Assembly: GCF_963676685.1 (NCBI RefSeq)
Contig: NC_092346.1
Coordinates: forward strand, 60,140,001-60,204,000
Direction: 5' to 3'
DNA: 64,000 nt
From: Mytilus edulis
Taxonomy: Eukaryota
Every line of letters starts with the position of its first letter. Position 1 is the first letter of the stretch. Shown here piece by piece: positions 1-11,879 of the stretch. The notes below the pieces were generated by a model. The model was not told the origin of the DNA. It worked only from the letters and a program-made list of their open reading frames with translations, and did not search any database. The position numbers and the translations under genes are program-made.

Positions 1-1115
1 CAAAAGAGAATGAAATCTAAGAAAGAAATAAAGTCCTTCCAAGTTTCTTCTAATTTACTCTCATCTGTATCTCTATCCGATTTTTCGTTTTCGTTCCTAT
101 CGGTGATTTTTCTTTTACTTTTGCATCGACACGCCATTACGGCTGATAGCAAACGAGGGACCGGATCAGTTCTGAAATGAAATCGTAGTTGTATTGCAGT
201 AACGCACACCGTAAACAATGCAATTCCTAACTGAAATATCATGTACTGTCCAAAAATGGATCCTGCCGTCTTTGGAAGTTCAGAATTCACGATTATCAAA
301 AATACCGCAAATGACAGAAAAACGGTGATAGAGTATCCCATCTTCTCTCCGCTATCTGCTGGGAGAACAAACGTGAAGAGATTCAGAACGCCAAGTAATA
401 TAACAGGTACGATTATGTTTAAAACATAAAATCCTGGAGTTCGCTTAATCGTGACAGAGTATGTTAATCTAGATTCCAAGTCAAATGTGTCATGATACAA
501 CTTGGTTGAGATTACAGTCCATACAGCATCATCTTCTAATTCATCTGTTACTATTCCGTAGGTTCCCTCCTGAATTTGTACCTCAAATGCATGATGGGAC
601 CAGTCAATAAACGAGATATTGCATGTTTGGTGATCAAACGGAAAATATTGAACGTCAATGTTGCATTTCGATTCAAAAACTTCGTAAGGTTCCCATATCA
701 CATGTCCAGATATATTAATATTTACATTGATTACACTACTGCCCAATTCCTGTAGCTTGGTAAATCCATTTTGCAATGCAAGTGCTGGTTTCCACACGTA
801 ACTCTGTGGGATATTTATACTTATCATTCCACCATAGCTTGTTGGGTCCCATTCCAGATATTGATCTTTCCATAGTGTGCTCAAATAACCAGTAGTAGTG
901 AGTCTTTGTGACGCTTCGTCTACTCCGTTTATCCCAATTAAATGGAAATCGACCATAAGCACAAGCAAGTCATTCTGATCTCTGACTGGGCGAACTTTCT
1001 TTTGATACTTATTTGTAGTGAACAAATCTGTGACTAAAGATTTAGCATTGTCTCCTGTTTGTGCACTGGTAGCCCCAATAGAAATAATAGCGACTAGAAA
1101 GATCGTTGCCGGCAT
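1..1115 (-). CDS. Atypical nAChR-like Cys-loop ligand-gated ion channel subunit, paralog 1 (intronless CDS; 3' end runs off the window start)
   Basis: Hand translation from ATG at 1115: signal peptide MPATIFLVAIISIGATSA, KKVRP, VWKPALALQNG, Cys-loop CNIDVQYFPFDHQTC, M1 IIVPVILLGVLNLFTFVLP, M2 GEKMGYSITVFLSFAVFL, M4 start WKDFISFLDFILFW. The frame stays open to base 1 and is absent from the ORF track because no stop is in the window. Confidence 0.93.
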   Translation of the reverse strand, partial: MPATIFLVAIISIGATSAQTGDNAKSLVTDLFTTNKYQKKVRPVRDQNDLLVLMVDFHLIGINGVDEASQRLTTTGYLSTLWKDQYLEWDPTSYGGMISINIPQSYVWKPALALQNGFTKLQELGSSVINVNINISGHVIWEPYEVFESKCNIDVQYFPFDHQTCNISFIDWSHHAFEVQIQEGTYGIVTDELEDDAVWTVISTKLYHDTFDLESRLTYSVTIKRTPGFYVLNIIVPVILLGVLNLFTFVLPADSGEKMGYSITVFLSFAVFLIIVNSELPKTAGSIFGQYMIFQLGIALFTVCVTAIQLRFHFRTDPVPRLLSAVMACRCKSKRKITDRNENEKSDRDTDESKLEETWKDFISFLDFILF

Positions 1116-4100
1116 TGCTGTTATGAGTCCATTTGATGTTTAATGGTTTTGTGTGAATAGAAATCCTATTTATATGATACTTAAAATCAATAAACTTGTA
1201 CAAATACAATTTTAATACAATCAGACTGGCTATAACAGACCATAACAACAACTTAAATCGTAAAACTTAATCGTTAAAAGTAAAATCACAAAAATACTGA
1301 ACTCAAAGGAATATTCAAAAAGGAAAGACCTTAACAAAATGGCAAAACCAAAAGCTCAACTGTCCTATTACTGACTTTGTAAATTTCAAATACAAGTTTG
1401 ATCAAAATCAGGAGTAAACTTTTGTTTTATTACGTCCGTTGATACATGACCTTTTTTCATATTTTAAAGATTTTGTTGAAAGGGGGTATACTTTCTCAGT
1501 GATATTTTATGGGCTGAATTAGTTACGTCTCATGTGTGTTTTGATTTATGTAATCGTTGATGGGTTTCCATCATGTATGTTCTGGTTCATCTTTTAGGTA
1601 TAATCGTATCGTTACAGGTTTTCGTTACTAAATTAATTAACTGATTATTTCAGAAAACTAAGGCTTGTGGTTTCTGAGACAAAATAAGATCCATCCATCC
1701 ATCCACACATCAAATAGTTCAGGCTTTAACTATGAGTAAAATGTTCTTTGAAATATATATAAGAATAATCAAAATATATCCATTAAATGGTAATATAACC
1801 AATTTTATTTGCTAATTAAGAAGCGGAATAAAATAATTTAAGACAGCAGGGAAGATTAACTTTGTAGTTTTATAGCTTTAACTAATAAAAAGAATGAGAA
1901 CTTTATGTTGTAAATTTTACGATGTCTCTGATGTGACCTTGGGGTCAGATTTGTATAACATTGCTATTTGATTTATTGTCTAAATTGTATATCACTTTTT
2001 CACGTGTAGAAAACGATGTGAGTGGATTCCTTACTTCTTATCGGTCAATGATCTTGCGGGGTCAACACAAGTTTACGTGCCATGTGTGCACTTCCTTTTA
2101 TCATTAACTTTCGCCTTGATAACTTGTGATTCTAAAACATTGCGTGAAATTTAAATTTCCCACCCGCAAACCTCCCTTTATTTATCTTTACAAGTAGTTT
2201 TGTTAATAGATTTTTTTTTTTTAGTTGGGCAGATTTTTCTCCCCATCTTTGCTATTATTTGTCATTTATTCAATTGATATGATTTTAGTTGATGTAATTT
2301 CGTATAAATTATGTATTATAATTGCATATTAATTATGAACTTTTATGTCAATTGTTTTATTTGCAAATTGTATTTTTTTGCATTTTATGATTTTGAATAA
2401 ATGACCTTTTTTCGTCAATCTTGTTTTTATAGATATAGCAAAACAAGCTCAAACTCTGGCTGACATGTTTATATGTCAATAAGTTTATGGTATCTTTAAT
2501 AGATTTTTTTGTCAAAAGTACAATTAGCAAATGCAAAAAACTCTTTTTTACGTGCTCACTTCGAACAATTAAAGGGGGAAATCGTTCCATGCATATAACT
2601 AAAGCTTCTACTGTATGTGCGATGTCTTGTGTGACTCTGTCAATAGACATCAGATTAGTTATCTAATTTGATCACAGGGCAATAGAATAGATGCAGCATT
2701 GGTATCATGATATTTATACTCTACTTGAGCATATCATATCACAACCTATTATGACAGTCGTCTCTGCTCAAACTTTATGTGAGTGTATTATGCAGTTAGA
2801 ATACACACATGTCACATTGATAATCACAAACGTTTGTTAAAACTCACCAACAACTTGGCAGAATTCGGCCTTTTATATTGTTATTTCCAAAGTTATGCAT
2901 ATGGTATGCAAGTAACCTCAATATATGTCTGTACAACAGACTGGCCATTTAATTGCTAAAATTATTACATTACTGGCAGATCGATTACTACGGCAACCGT
3001 ACTGTCAAATATATACATATATATAAATGTCTATCAAACTCGTGGTAACTGAAGACAGATTAAATACAAATCGGATCGTCGGCTACACAACGAACTCTGC
3101 AAATTCGAGACTAAGTAAATTTAGTCTTTGAGGTTGATGTTACTATTGCTAACGTGATGATCAATGTTGAAGAACTTCTTTCGAAAGTTAGCGAATTCCT
3201 TCTACATCCTAAAAAAACTTGCACTGGTAGAAAGTGGTGTTGAAGTCTACAACTGAATAACATATTGGGCTTGCTTGAGTCCCGAATACTTTTGTCTTTT
3301 ATTTCCTTTCGATGAAATATAATCGAGATGTTTTTCTTTCACTTTTATTAGTGCTATGATTAAAACGGCGATGAGACAGCACCCGAGCAAAACAAAAAAA
3401 ATGAAACAGACCATTTGTGCATATATATTTTTTTTTAAGTTGATATATGCTACATGTATTAAACAACGGCAGGCATCAAAAGCTTACGGTCTTTCCAGCA
3501 ATTTGATCAAATCAAAGAAGTAGAAGTTTCAGTGTAGACTTTGATATTCTTGAAAATTTTGACAGTCCGTACACAACAATGTCCAAAAAAAAAGATTGAT
3601 TAGATTAACCTTTTTTATCACTGTTCTCTTTTTAAAGCGTACAAAGTTTTAAAAAAAATGAAAGATTCATTTTTTTTTTTACAAGTAGAAATTTCGTTTT
3701 TTCTTTTGAATTGATGGACATAAAGGATAAATCAAATCTTGATACAAAATTAATACTTAAATAAAATCTAAAGGAACAGGGCGTTCATTACTGTTGATCA
3801 TATCGTTGAGCTTTCAACATTGGGGAACACATCTTACCTTTACTGTATCCAACACAATATCTTGCAATGGTTTTTAGCGAAATTTATTGACTTGATATGC
3901 ATGGACGAAAACAGGTGCTGGATAATATTTTCAAATTCTGATTTATATTTGGCACTGAAGTAAACATATAAATTAAATGAAATAATGTCAAAAATTACCA
4001 ACCAATCTCCCTGTAAAGACACATTGAATTGGTAAACTTGACATGAGTTATTTTCCCATACTACATTCAATACCTGTTCAACAAAAAAGTAGGATCCATG

Positions 4101-5378
4101 TGTTATTTTTTTTGTTGAAATCAGGACTCTACAGTACAATTTAATTTATATCCAGGCTTCACAGTGAACATTGTCTACTACTCATAGTCAAAGCCATAAA
4201 AAAAAATGGAATGCAATACTAGACTTTATCCACTGTTTAAATCCCGAATAACACATACAATATTGGATAATTTGACAGTTGTGTACATACATCAACCATA
4301 TTAGTCGGGAGGACTGCATAGCAATTTCAATAAACAAATTGACTAAAATCCTTAGATGAAATACTAATCTCAAAAAAACATAAGCTAAAAAGGCGCATTG
4401 TCGTTGCGCTAATTTAAAAAAAAATCCAATCTTTCATTTGCATCACAAGGTTATATTTTATTTGCACCAAAAAATAAAAAAACTTCATTTGCGCCATTTT
4501 ACATGTATTGTATAAAGGAAAAGTTCAATATTCATTGCCCTATCGTAAATGACATTTGTGTTTACAATATTCCCCCTGGAGAATTGAAGGAGTTAATACA
4601 CATTTCTAATACATAACTGAGAGTCACTAAGTTTGGAATTATATAATTAATTTAAGGTGTCAAGATGAATATTGTCAATTCAGAGACAAAAAGAACAAAA
4701 TAAGTCTGTAATTTAGAACGGACACATATATGTTCTGAAAAATGCAGACAAGTCGTTAAAATGTACCAAAAATACTTGCAAAGCCAAATTACAACTTTTT
4801 TTTATCAAAACTTTGAATCAAAATCTTATTTTCAAATAAAACAGAGAATTAATTAACTAATATATTTAAACCATAGTATATTAGTTTTCTCTTCTTATTT
4901 TTAACATTTGTCATTTTGGGACCTTTAATATCGACAATACGATAAGGGCTTTGTTCATTGTTGAAGGTCATACGAAGACCTATAGTTGTTAATTTATATG
5001 TCATTTTGTTCCTTGTGGAGAATTGTTTCATTTTTTATGGCATTTATATTTATGGGGTTCGTGTTGTTTATTCTTTAGTTTTCTATGTTGTGTCATGTGT
5101 ACTATTGTTTTTCTGTTTGTCTTTTTCATTTTTAGCCATGGCGTTGTCAGTTTGTTTTAGATTTATGAGTTTGACTGTCCCTTTGGTATCTTTCGTTGCT
5201 CTTTTATAACACATATGTTTAAATCAGTTTTAATAGATTTACTTTTTTTTAGGGCAAACACGTATAATTCTTCATTTGTCCTCTTTGTGTATACCCTGTA
5301 ATATATCAACAAATATTTTGGACACAGTTTTCTGGGGGAATAGAAGAAAACAACAAATGACTTTAAAAATGCTTCCTT

Positions 5379-6310
5379 GAAAAATTATTACACCGAGTTT
5401 TCGATATCACAAACTGGTCAAAACATTTACTAAATTTTATCACCGGTATAAGGAAATAATTCGTAAATATAACTCAACATGCAGACATCTTATACGTTCA
5501 GGTATTTTACATCCAATCTTTTATGGTAATATTCTTTACAAAGCACAAAAATGTCAGTATTTACCTCAAAAGCTTAAAAAAACCTTTAAACAGACTTATT
5601 AAGAAGGGATATAGGTACGATACTGTTGTCAGGTCATTAAAGATTGCATATCTTTGCATCGGAACTAAACACATATATTTTTTTTAAACAGTTATTGGCA
5701 TGACACGGGTTATGTTCTTCTCATATATGTTATGATAGTATGATACTAAACCCCTAACGAGAGGGATTGTGCCTGATATTCATTTGATGAAGACATAATC
5801 TTTCAATCAGTTTAATTGAGGTCTGGAGCTGGCATTTCAGTTAACTGTTAGTAGTCTGTTGTTATTTATGTATTATTGTCATTTTATTTATTTTCTTTTG
5901 TTACATCTTTTGACATCGGACTCGGACTTCCCTTTAACTGACTTTTAATGTGCGTATTGTTATGCGTTTACTTTTCTACATTGGCTAGAGGTATAGGGGG
6001 AGGGTTGAGATCTCATAAACATATTTAACCCCGCCGCAATTTTGCGCCTGTCCCAAGTCAGGAGCCTCTGGCCTTTGTTAGTCTTGTATGATTTTTATTT
6101 TTAGTTTCTTGTGTATAATTCGGAGTTTAGTATGACGTCCATTATCACTGTACTACTATATATATTTTTAGGGGCCAGCTGAAGGACACCTACGGGTGCG
6201 GCAATTCTCGCTACATTGAAGACCCATTGGTGGCCTTCGACTGTTGTCTGCTCTATGGTCGGGTTGTTGTCGCTTTGACATATTCTCCATTTCCTTTCTC
6301 AATTTTATTC
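5379..6310 (+). mobile_element. 5'-truncated, decayed Penelope-like/RT retroelement (RT C-terminal fragment plus 3' non-coding tail)
   Basis: About 5379-5655 translates, with two frameshifts, as EKLLH..FRYHKLVKTFTKFYHRYKEIIRKY...RLIKKGYRYD. This resembles the KLLxQGYRYHKL...KFY C-terminal region of molluscan Penelope-like RTs. Downstream sequence shares blocks with dispersed repeats elsewhere in the window (e.g. ~25430-25500, ~16095-16150). Confidence 0.55.
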
Positions 6311-7870
6311 CTTAACTATATACCTGTATTTACCTGTAAAATGGCACAAATGAAATATGGTTTGTGGTGCAAATGAAATATTTTTTGGCGCAAATGAAAA
6401 GCCAATTGGCGCAAAATCAAAGCGCCGGTCAAAAACTGTAAAAATATAAGAGCATACATCTCAACTACAAAGAAAGTTTGTATGGCATCTGCACTGCTCA
6501 AAAGATATTATCGTTAAGTACAATGAACAGAAATGTTAGTTGGCATCTAATAATGAAACAGAATCAATTCATGCACATGGAAATCATCAAAGGAACCGTG
6601 TCTTTGTTGCAGTTCTTTTTCTAAAAAGTAAAAAACAAAAATACCGAATTCCAATGAAAATTAGGTTCGGAAAGTACTAATCTAATGGCAAAATCAAAAG
6701 CTCAAACACATTATAGGAATAAAAAAGCACTGTAAATTTCGGACTTGATACATGCATTTAGCCCTTCAACATTAACTCTATGTTTCGAGTGGTGTTTTGG
6801 CAATTCATTGCAAATGATGGGGCCATTTTTCAATAAACTTCGGAAGGGCCAGTTGGTTTAAACAAGAGTGTTATACCCTTACTAACAATACGATCTTTCA
6901 CTTGTCGAAGAACCTTTTTTCAGAAATACGTGTAACTTCAAGAACAACATGAGAGAAATAGAAACGAGACAATGATAATCATATGTCTAAATTTATAAAG
7001 TTGTTTAATTCGAGACATATAAAAAAACCTTTATAAATTCGATGACGATTTGATATATACAGTATCGTTATGGTTATATATTGTGGTTAGAATCGGTATA
7101 ACTCAACTACTTACAGTCAATTTCTCACAGTCAATTTGTTATAACACAAGTATTGATAGAACTATCTTATACAGATTTAGGGTTAAAATTCAATCTAAGT
7201 AAGAGGATAAGAATCAACTAACGGTATAAAATCACTAATTAGGGCTTGATAAAAATTAATATTCAAAACAAAAAAGTTCCAAAGTCTATCTAAAACTTTG
7301 TAATTAAGTAAAATATTTTGGTAATTTGTGTGTCAAATAATTGTATTCACAATAGAACCCTTGTTTGATCTTTATTTGAATTAAGACGTACTGTGTATTG
7401 CCTGTTATTTATTCAGAAGAACTTGTTTTTGTACTTCCGAACTTCTGGGTACAAGTGAAATCATAGACAAGACCAGACAAGTACTTTATTGAAGTCTCAC
7501 CACTTGTTACATATAAAATATAAAGCTTTTTTAAAATACAAGTTAACAACAAGAGTCACTTTAAAGAGTTATGAGAGGCTATAAAACAATTTTCTTCAAT
7601 TATAATGCAAAAGTCAACTATCATGAGTATAATATATTTTTCGCTTTATAAAAATTTCATAGCAGATTTGGAAGTACAAAATACCATATTTTCATTTGTA
7701 AAAATAAATATAAAATTTTGATTATCAGACATGTAAAAACATTCTCATCTTCATATATACAGTGGAAAGTATACTGCATATTTCAGGAAAAGTTATAATA
7801 AGGTATAGTTTTGACATAAAATGACTGTCACTTTCTTTTTTTTTTTAACTCAAACAAAATATAAATGGCT

Positions 7871-10376
7871 TTTTAGCTCACCTGGCCTAAAAGGCCATGT
7901 GAGCTTTTCTCATCACTTGGCGTCCGTCGTCGTCGTCGTCGTCGTCGACGTCGTCGTCTGTCGTCGTTAACAATTTTTCAAACATCTTCTCCTCTGAAAC
8001 TACTGAATGGATTTGAATGAAACTTAAAATGATTGTTCCTTAGATTATCCTGCACAAAGTGTGTGCTTCGATTTTTGATCCGTCAAAAAACATGGCCGCC
8101 GTTACTTAAAATAGAACATAGGGGTCAAATGCAGTTTTTGGCTTATATCTCAAAAACGGAAGCATTTAGAGCAAATCTGACGGGGTAAAAATGTTCATTA
8201 GGTCAAGATCTATCAGCCCAGAAATTTTCAGATGAATCAAACAAACCATTGTTGGGTTGCTGCCACTTAATTGGTAATTTTAAGGAAATTTTGCAGTTTT
8301 TGGTCATTATCTTGAATATTATTATAGATGAAGATAAACTGTTAACAGCAAAAATGATCAGCAAAGTAAGATCTACAAATAGGTTAATATGATCAAAATT
8401 GTCAATTTACCCCTTAAGGGGTAAATGTCCTTTAATGACAATTTTTCACAATTTGTTCATCATATTTGCTAACTTTAAAAAATCTTCTCCTCTGAAACTA
8501 CTGAATGGATTTGGATGAAACTTAGCATGATTGTTCCTTAGATTATCCTGCACAAAGTGTCTGGTTCGATTTTTGATCCGTCAAAAAACATGGCCGCCCT
8601 TACTTTAAATAGAACATAGGGGTCAAATGCAGTTTTTGGCTTATATCTCAAAAACGAAAGCATTTAGAGCAAATCTGACATGGGGTAAAAATGTTCATTA
8701 GGTCAAGATCTATCAGCCCTGAAATTTTCGGACGAATCAAACAAACCATTGTTGGGTTGCTGCCACTTAATTAGTAATTTTAAGGAAATTTTGCAGTTTT
8801 TGGTCATTATCTTGAATATCATTATAGATAAAGATAAACTGTAAACAGCAAAAAAGATCAGCAAAGTAAGATCTACAAATAGGTTAATATTAGACTATTT
8901 ACCGGATTTGTAACCACTTAAGCAACACGACGGGTGCCACATGTGGAGCAGAATCTGCTTACCCTTCCGGAGCACCTGAGATCACCCCTAGTTTTTGGTG
9001 GGGTTCGTGTTGTTTATTCTTTAGTTTTCTATGTTGTGTCGTGTGTACTATTGTTTTTCTGTTTGTCTTTTTTATTTTTAGCCATGGCGTTGTCAGTTTG
9101 TTTTAGATTTATGAGTTTGACTGTCCCTTTGGTATCTTTCGTCCCTCTTTTAATATGACCAAAATTGTCAATTGAGCTTTTAAGGGGTAAATGTCCTTTA
9201 ATGACAATTTTTCACAATTTGTTCATCATATTTGCTAACTTTAAAAAATCTTCTCCTCTGAAACTACTGAATGGATTTGGATGAAACTTAGCATGATAGT
9301 TCCTTAGATTATCCTGCACAAAGTGTGTGCTTCGATTTTTGATCCGTCAAAAAACATGGCCGCCCTTACTTTAAATAGAACATAGGGGTCAAATGCAGTT
9401 TTTGGCTTATATCTCAAAAACGAAAGCATTTAGAGCAAATCTGACATGGGGTAAAAATGTTCATTAGGTCAAGATCTATCAGCTCTGAAATTTTCAGACG
9501 AATCAAACAAACCATTGTTGGGTTGCTGCCACTTAATTGGTAATTTTAAGGAAATTTTGCAGTTTTTGGTCATTATCTTGAATATCATTATAGATAAAGA
9601 TAAACTGTAAACAGCAAAAATGATCAGCAAAGTAAGATCTACAAATAAGTTAAATACATTGTATGACCAAAATTGTCAATTTACCCCTTAAGGGGTTATT
9701 GTCCTTTAATGACAATTTTTTCACAATTTGTTCATTTGCTAACTTTAAAAAATCTTCTCCTCTAAAACTACTCAACCAAATTCAACCAAACTTCAACTGA
9801 ATGATCAGTAGGGTGTATAAAATAAAGTTTGTGTTTTATTTTCTATTTTGTCTAAAAACATGGCCGTCATGGCTAAAAATAGAACACAGGGTAAAATGCA
9901 GTTTTTGGCTTATATCTAAAAAAAACTCCAGCATTTAGAGCAAATAAGACTAGAAGTTAAAATATTTATTAGGTCAAGGTCTACCTGTCCTGAAATTTTC
10001 AATTTGCAAAAAAAATAATTTGTTGTGCTACTTCCAAAAAATAGAAAATATTCTGACCAGAAAAAAAACCATGTCCCCCTACAAGTTAAATGTTCCATGC
10101 CTAACTGTTATTAATGAAATCATTTAACTGTTTTGCTGTTATTGGAGCCCCTTACCCCTTCTCAGCAATGGAATAAATCCAAATCATGAATGAAGAAATT
10201 CGAAAGAATAACAATTTAATAATGTAACAATAACAATTTTATTGTTAAAATTCTTTTATTGTAACTATAATGTAATAAAAATAACGTCCTGTACATGTTT
10301 GCCTGGCATGGTTCAATATGTTCAATAAGGCACTGTTTACCAGGTGAGCGATTCAGGCTCTTGAGAGCCTCTTGTT
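7871..10376 (+). mobile_element. Non-autonomous Helentron-type element (HINE/pearl-like) with internal ~500-bp tandem repeats
   Basis: T-rich start, AGCTCACCTG at 7875 with inverted CAGGTGAGC at 10341, (GTC)n microsatellite at ~7922-7966, ~500-bp internal repeats starting near 7984, 8482, 9248 and 9752 (last partial), and a 3' palindrome AGGCTC-TTGA-GAGCCT at 10355-10370 followed by CTTGTT. Confidence 0.8.
8891..9149. mobile_element. Short interspersed repeat inserted into a HINE internal repeat, with 7-bp TSD TTAATAT
   Basis: Neighbouring repeat units read AGGTTAATATGA. Here TTAATAT occurs at both 8884-8890 and 9150-9156 around a 259-bp insert. The same family occurs at ~5052-5207, ~20428-20613, ~37670-37850, ~41760-41943 and inverted at ~45478-45600. 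Confidence 0.75.
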
Positions 10377-11341
10377 GAAATACAGAATTTAACACAGATA
10401 GTAATAAGGCAATGAAAAAGTTTTTGTTTTATGCTGCAATAATATGTAAAAAAAAATGGTGTTTAACTGTCTAATTATTAGTATTGTACTAGATAGGTAA
10501 ATGGTGTTTATTTATTTGTTGAACACTTACATGTATTAATGACAAACTGTTCTAATGTGAATTAAAGTAATATACATGTTATTCTAATTTGTTTAACACT
10601 TACATATATTTATGACAAACTTTTCTTTTGGTTATCAAAGAAAAGGTTGAGCTATCTTGTATAGTTTGAATTGTGTGTTGATACAGTTTGAATAACATTA
10701 CATTGAATATGAGTATATATCTGACTTATTTGTACACTTAATACATCATTTCCTAGAAAGGTAAACAACACGTGTCTTGAGCTGTTCCATGGTTGCCTCG
10801 TTGTTTGCGTAATTACAATGACATTGTTCATGCAAATAATAAATGTTTTTATTCCTGTTATCTAATACACATGACTATATTGTTTATCCACGTGTTTATT
10901 CACGTGTAATTTTATTATGTACTTTATTAAACATTAACCAAAGGTCCGAATTGGACCTTTAACTTATAAATGTTAAACTTTGAGTTTAAAGTTTCAACTA
11001 ATGTTGCAAAAATTTCAAAGGCAGGAATAGTATTCTTTGTTTATCAAACTCAAACTACATTATATAATCATTCGAAGTCGAAGCTTATTTTTTCAGCTAC
11101 CCCTCCCCTTTTTTTCCATCCATACCTATTTATATGGAGAATGTATTTTTTTTTATTTGTATACTGACTGTTTCTGTTTTATCTTTTTGGATCTTTCAAT
11201 ATGGCAGCGGCCAGTGCAGATATCATATGTGACATATGTTTGTTTATAAAAAGGAATTTAGCTGCTCAAATGACGATCTGATCCCATAAACATATGTGTT
11301 TTGTTTAATGGTGCAGTCTAAGTGTTGTGGTTTAAGGATTA

Positions 11342-11879
11342 TCTATAATACTAAAATTACGAGGTCAAATTTGTCAGCCGTCATCACGTAAAAACGATGA
11401 ATCAAAGAATTCAACTTTATATATAACTAATATAGTACAATGGTGTTGATTAAAAATTACACCACTCTATGCCCATTTGTTTTCCACGTAATTAATATTG
11501 CCAATAATTATGAAGTTCCGGATCGAGTCCGACACCGATACCAATAGTATATTCACCTGTTACCTATTACCTTATCTATACGTTCCGCATCAGACAGGCG
11601 CACCACCAAACAGTGTATTTAGAATTTTGCTGTATACTGTTGAGTAAAAAATATTCCATTCCAGGCCCTTTTGTTTTCCAAATTATTAATATTACCAATA
11701 ATTGGTAGATTCCAGGTCGACGGGTTCAAACAGAAAGATTTTGAAAGCAGAGAAAACTGTGCACCTTATACATGTTATAATCGGCATGACTTTATCACAT
11801 GACAATACCAATACTAAAATAAGGCATACGCATAGTTATATATCAGTCACGGACCCGCGATATCACGGGTGTGTGCTAG
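11342..11879 (+). mobile_element. Non-autonomous Helitron (538 bp)
   Basis: Starts TC after host A (11341) and ends CTAG before host T (11880), with a subterminal hairpin ACCCGCGATATCACGGGT at 11853-11870 and no TSD. These are the canonical Helitron hallmarks. Confidence 0.8.

Noticed and set aside
3838-4300. Possible decayed exon or PHD-finger-like remnant on the minus strand
   Set aside because: Needs several stops and frameshifts, and I cannot assign it to a family without a search.
8934-9158. Hydrophobic 60-100 aa ORFs (also 4958, 20547, 37741, 41827, 45386)
   Set aside because: Chance translations of the same T-rich dispersed repeat.
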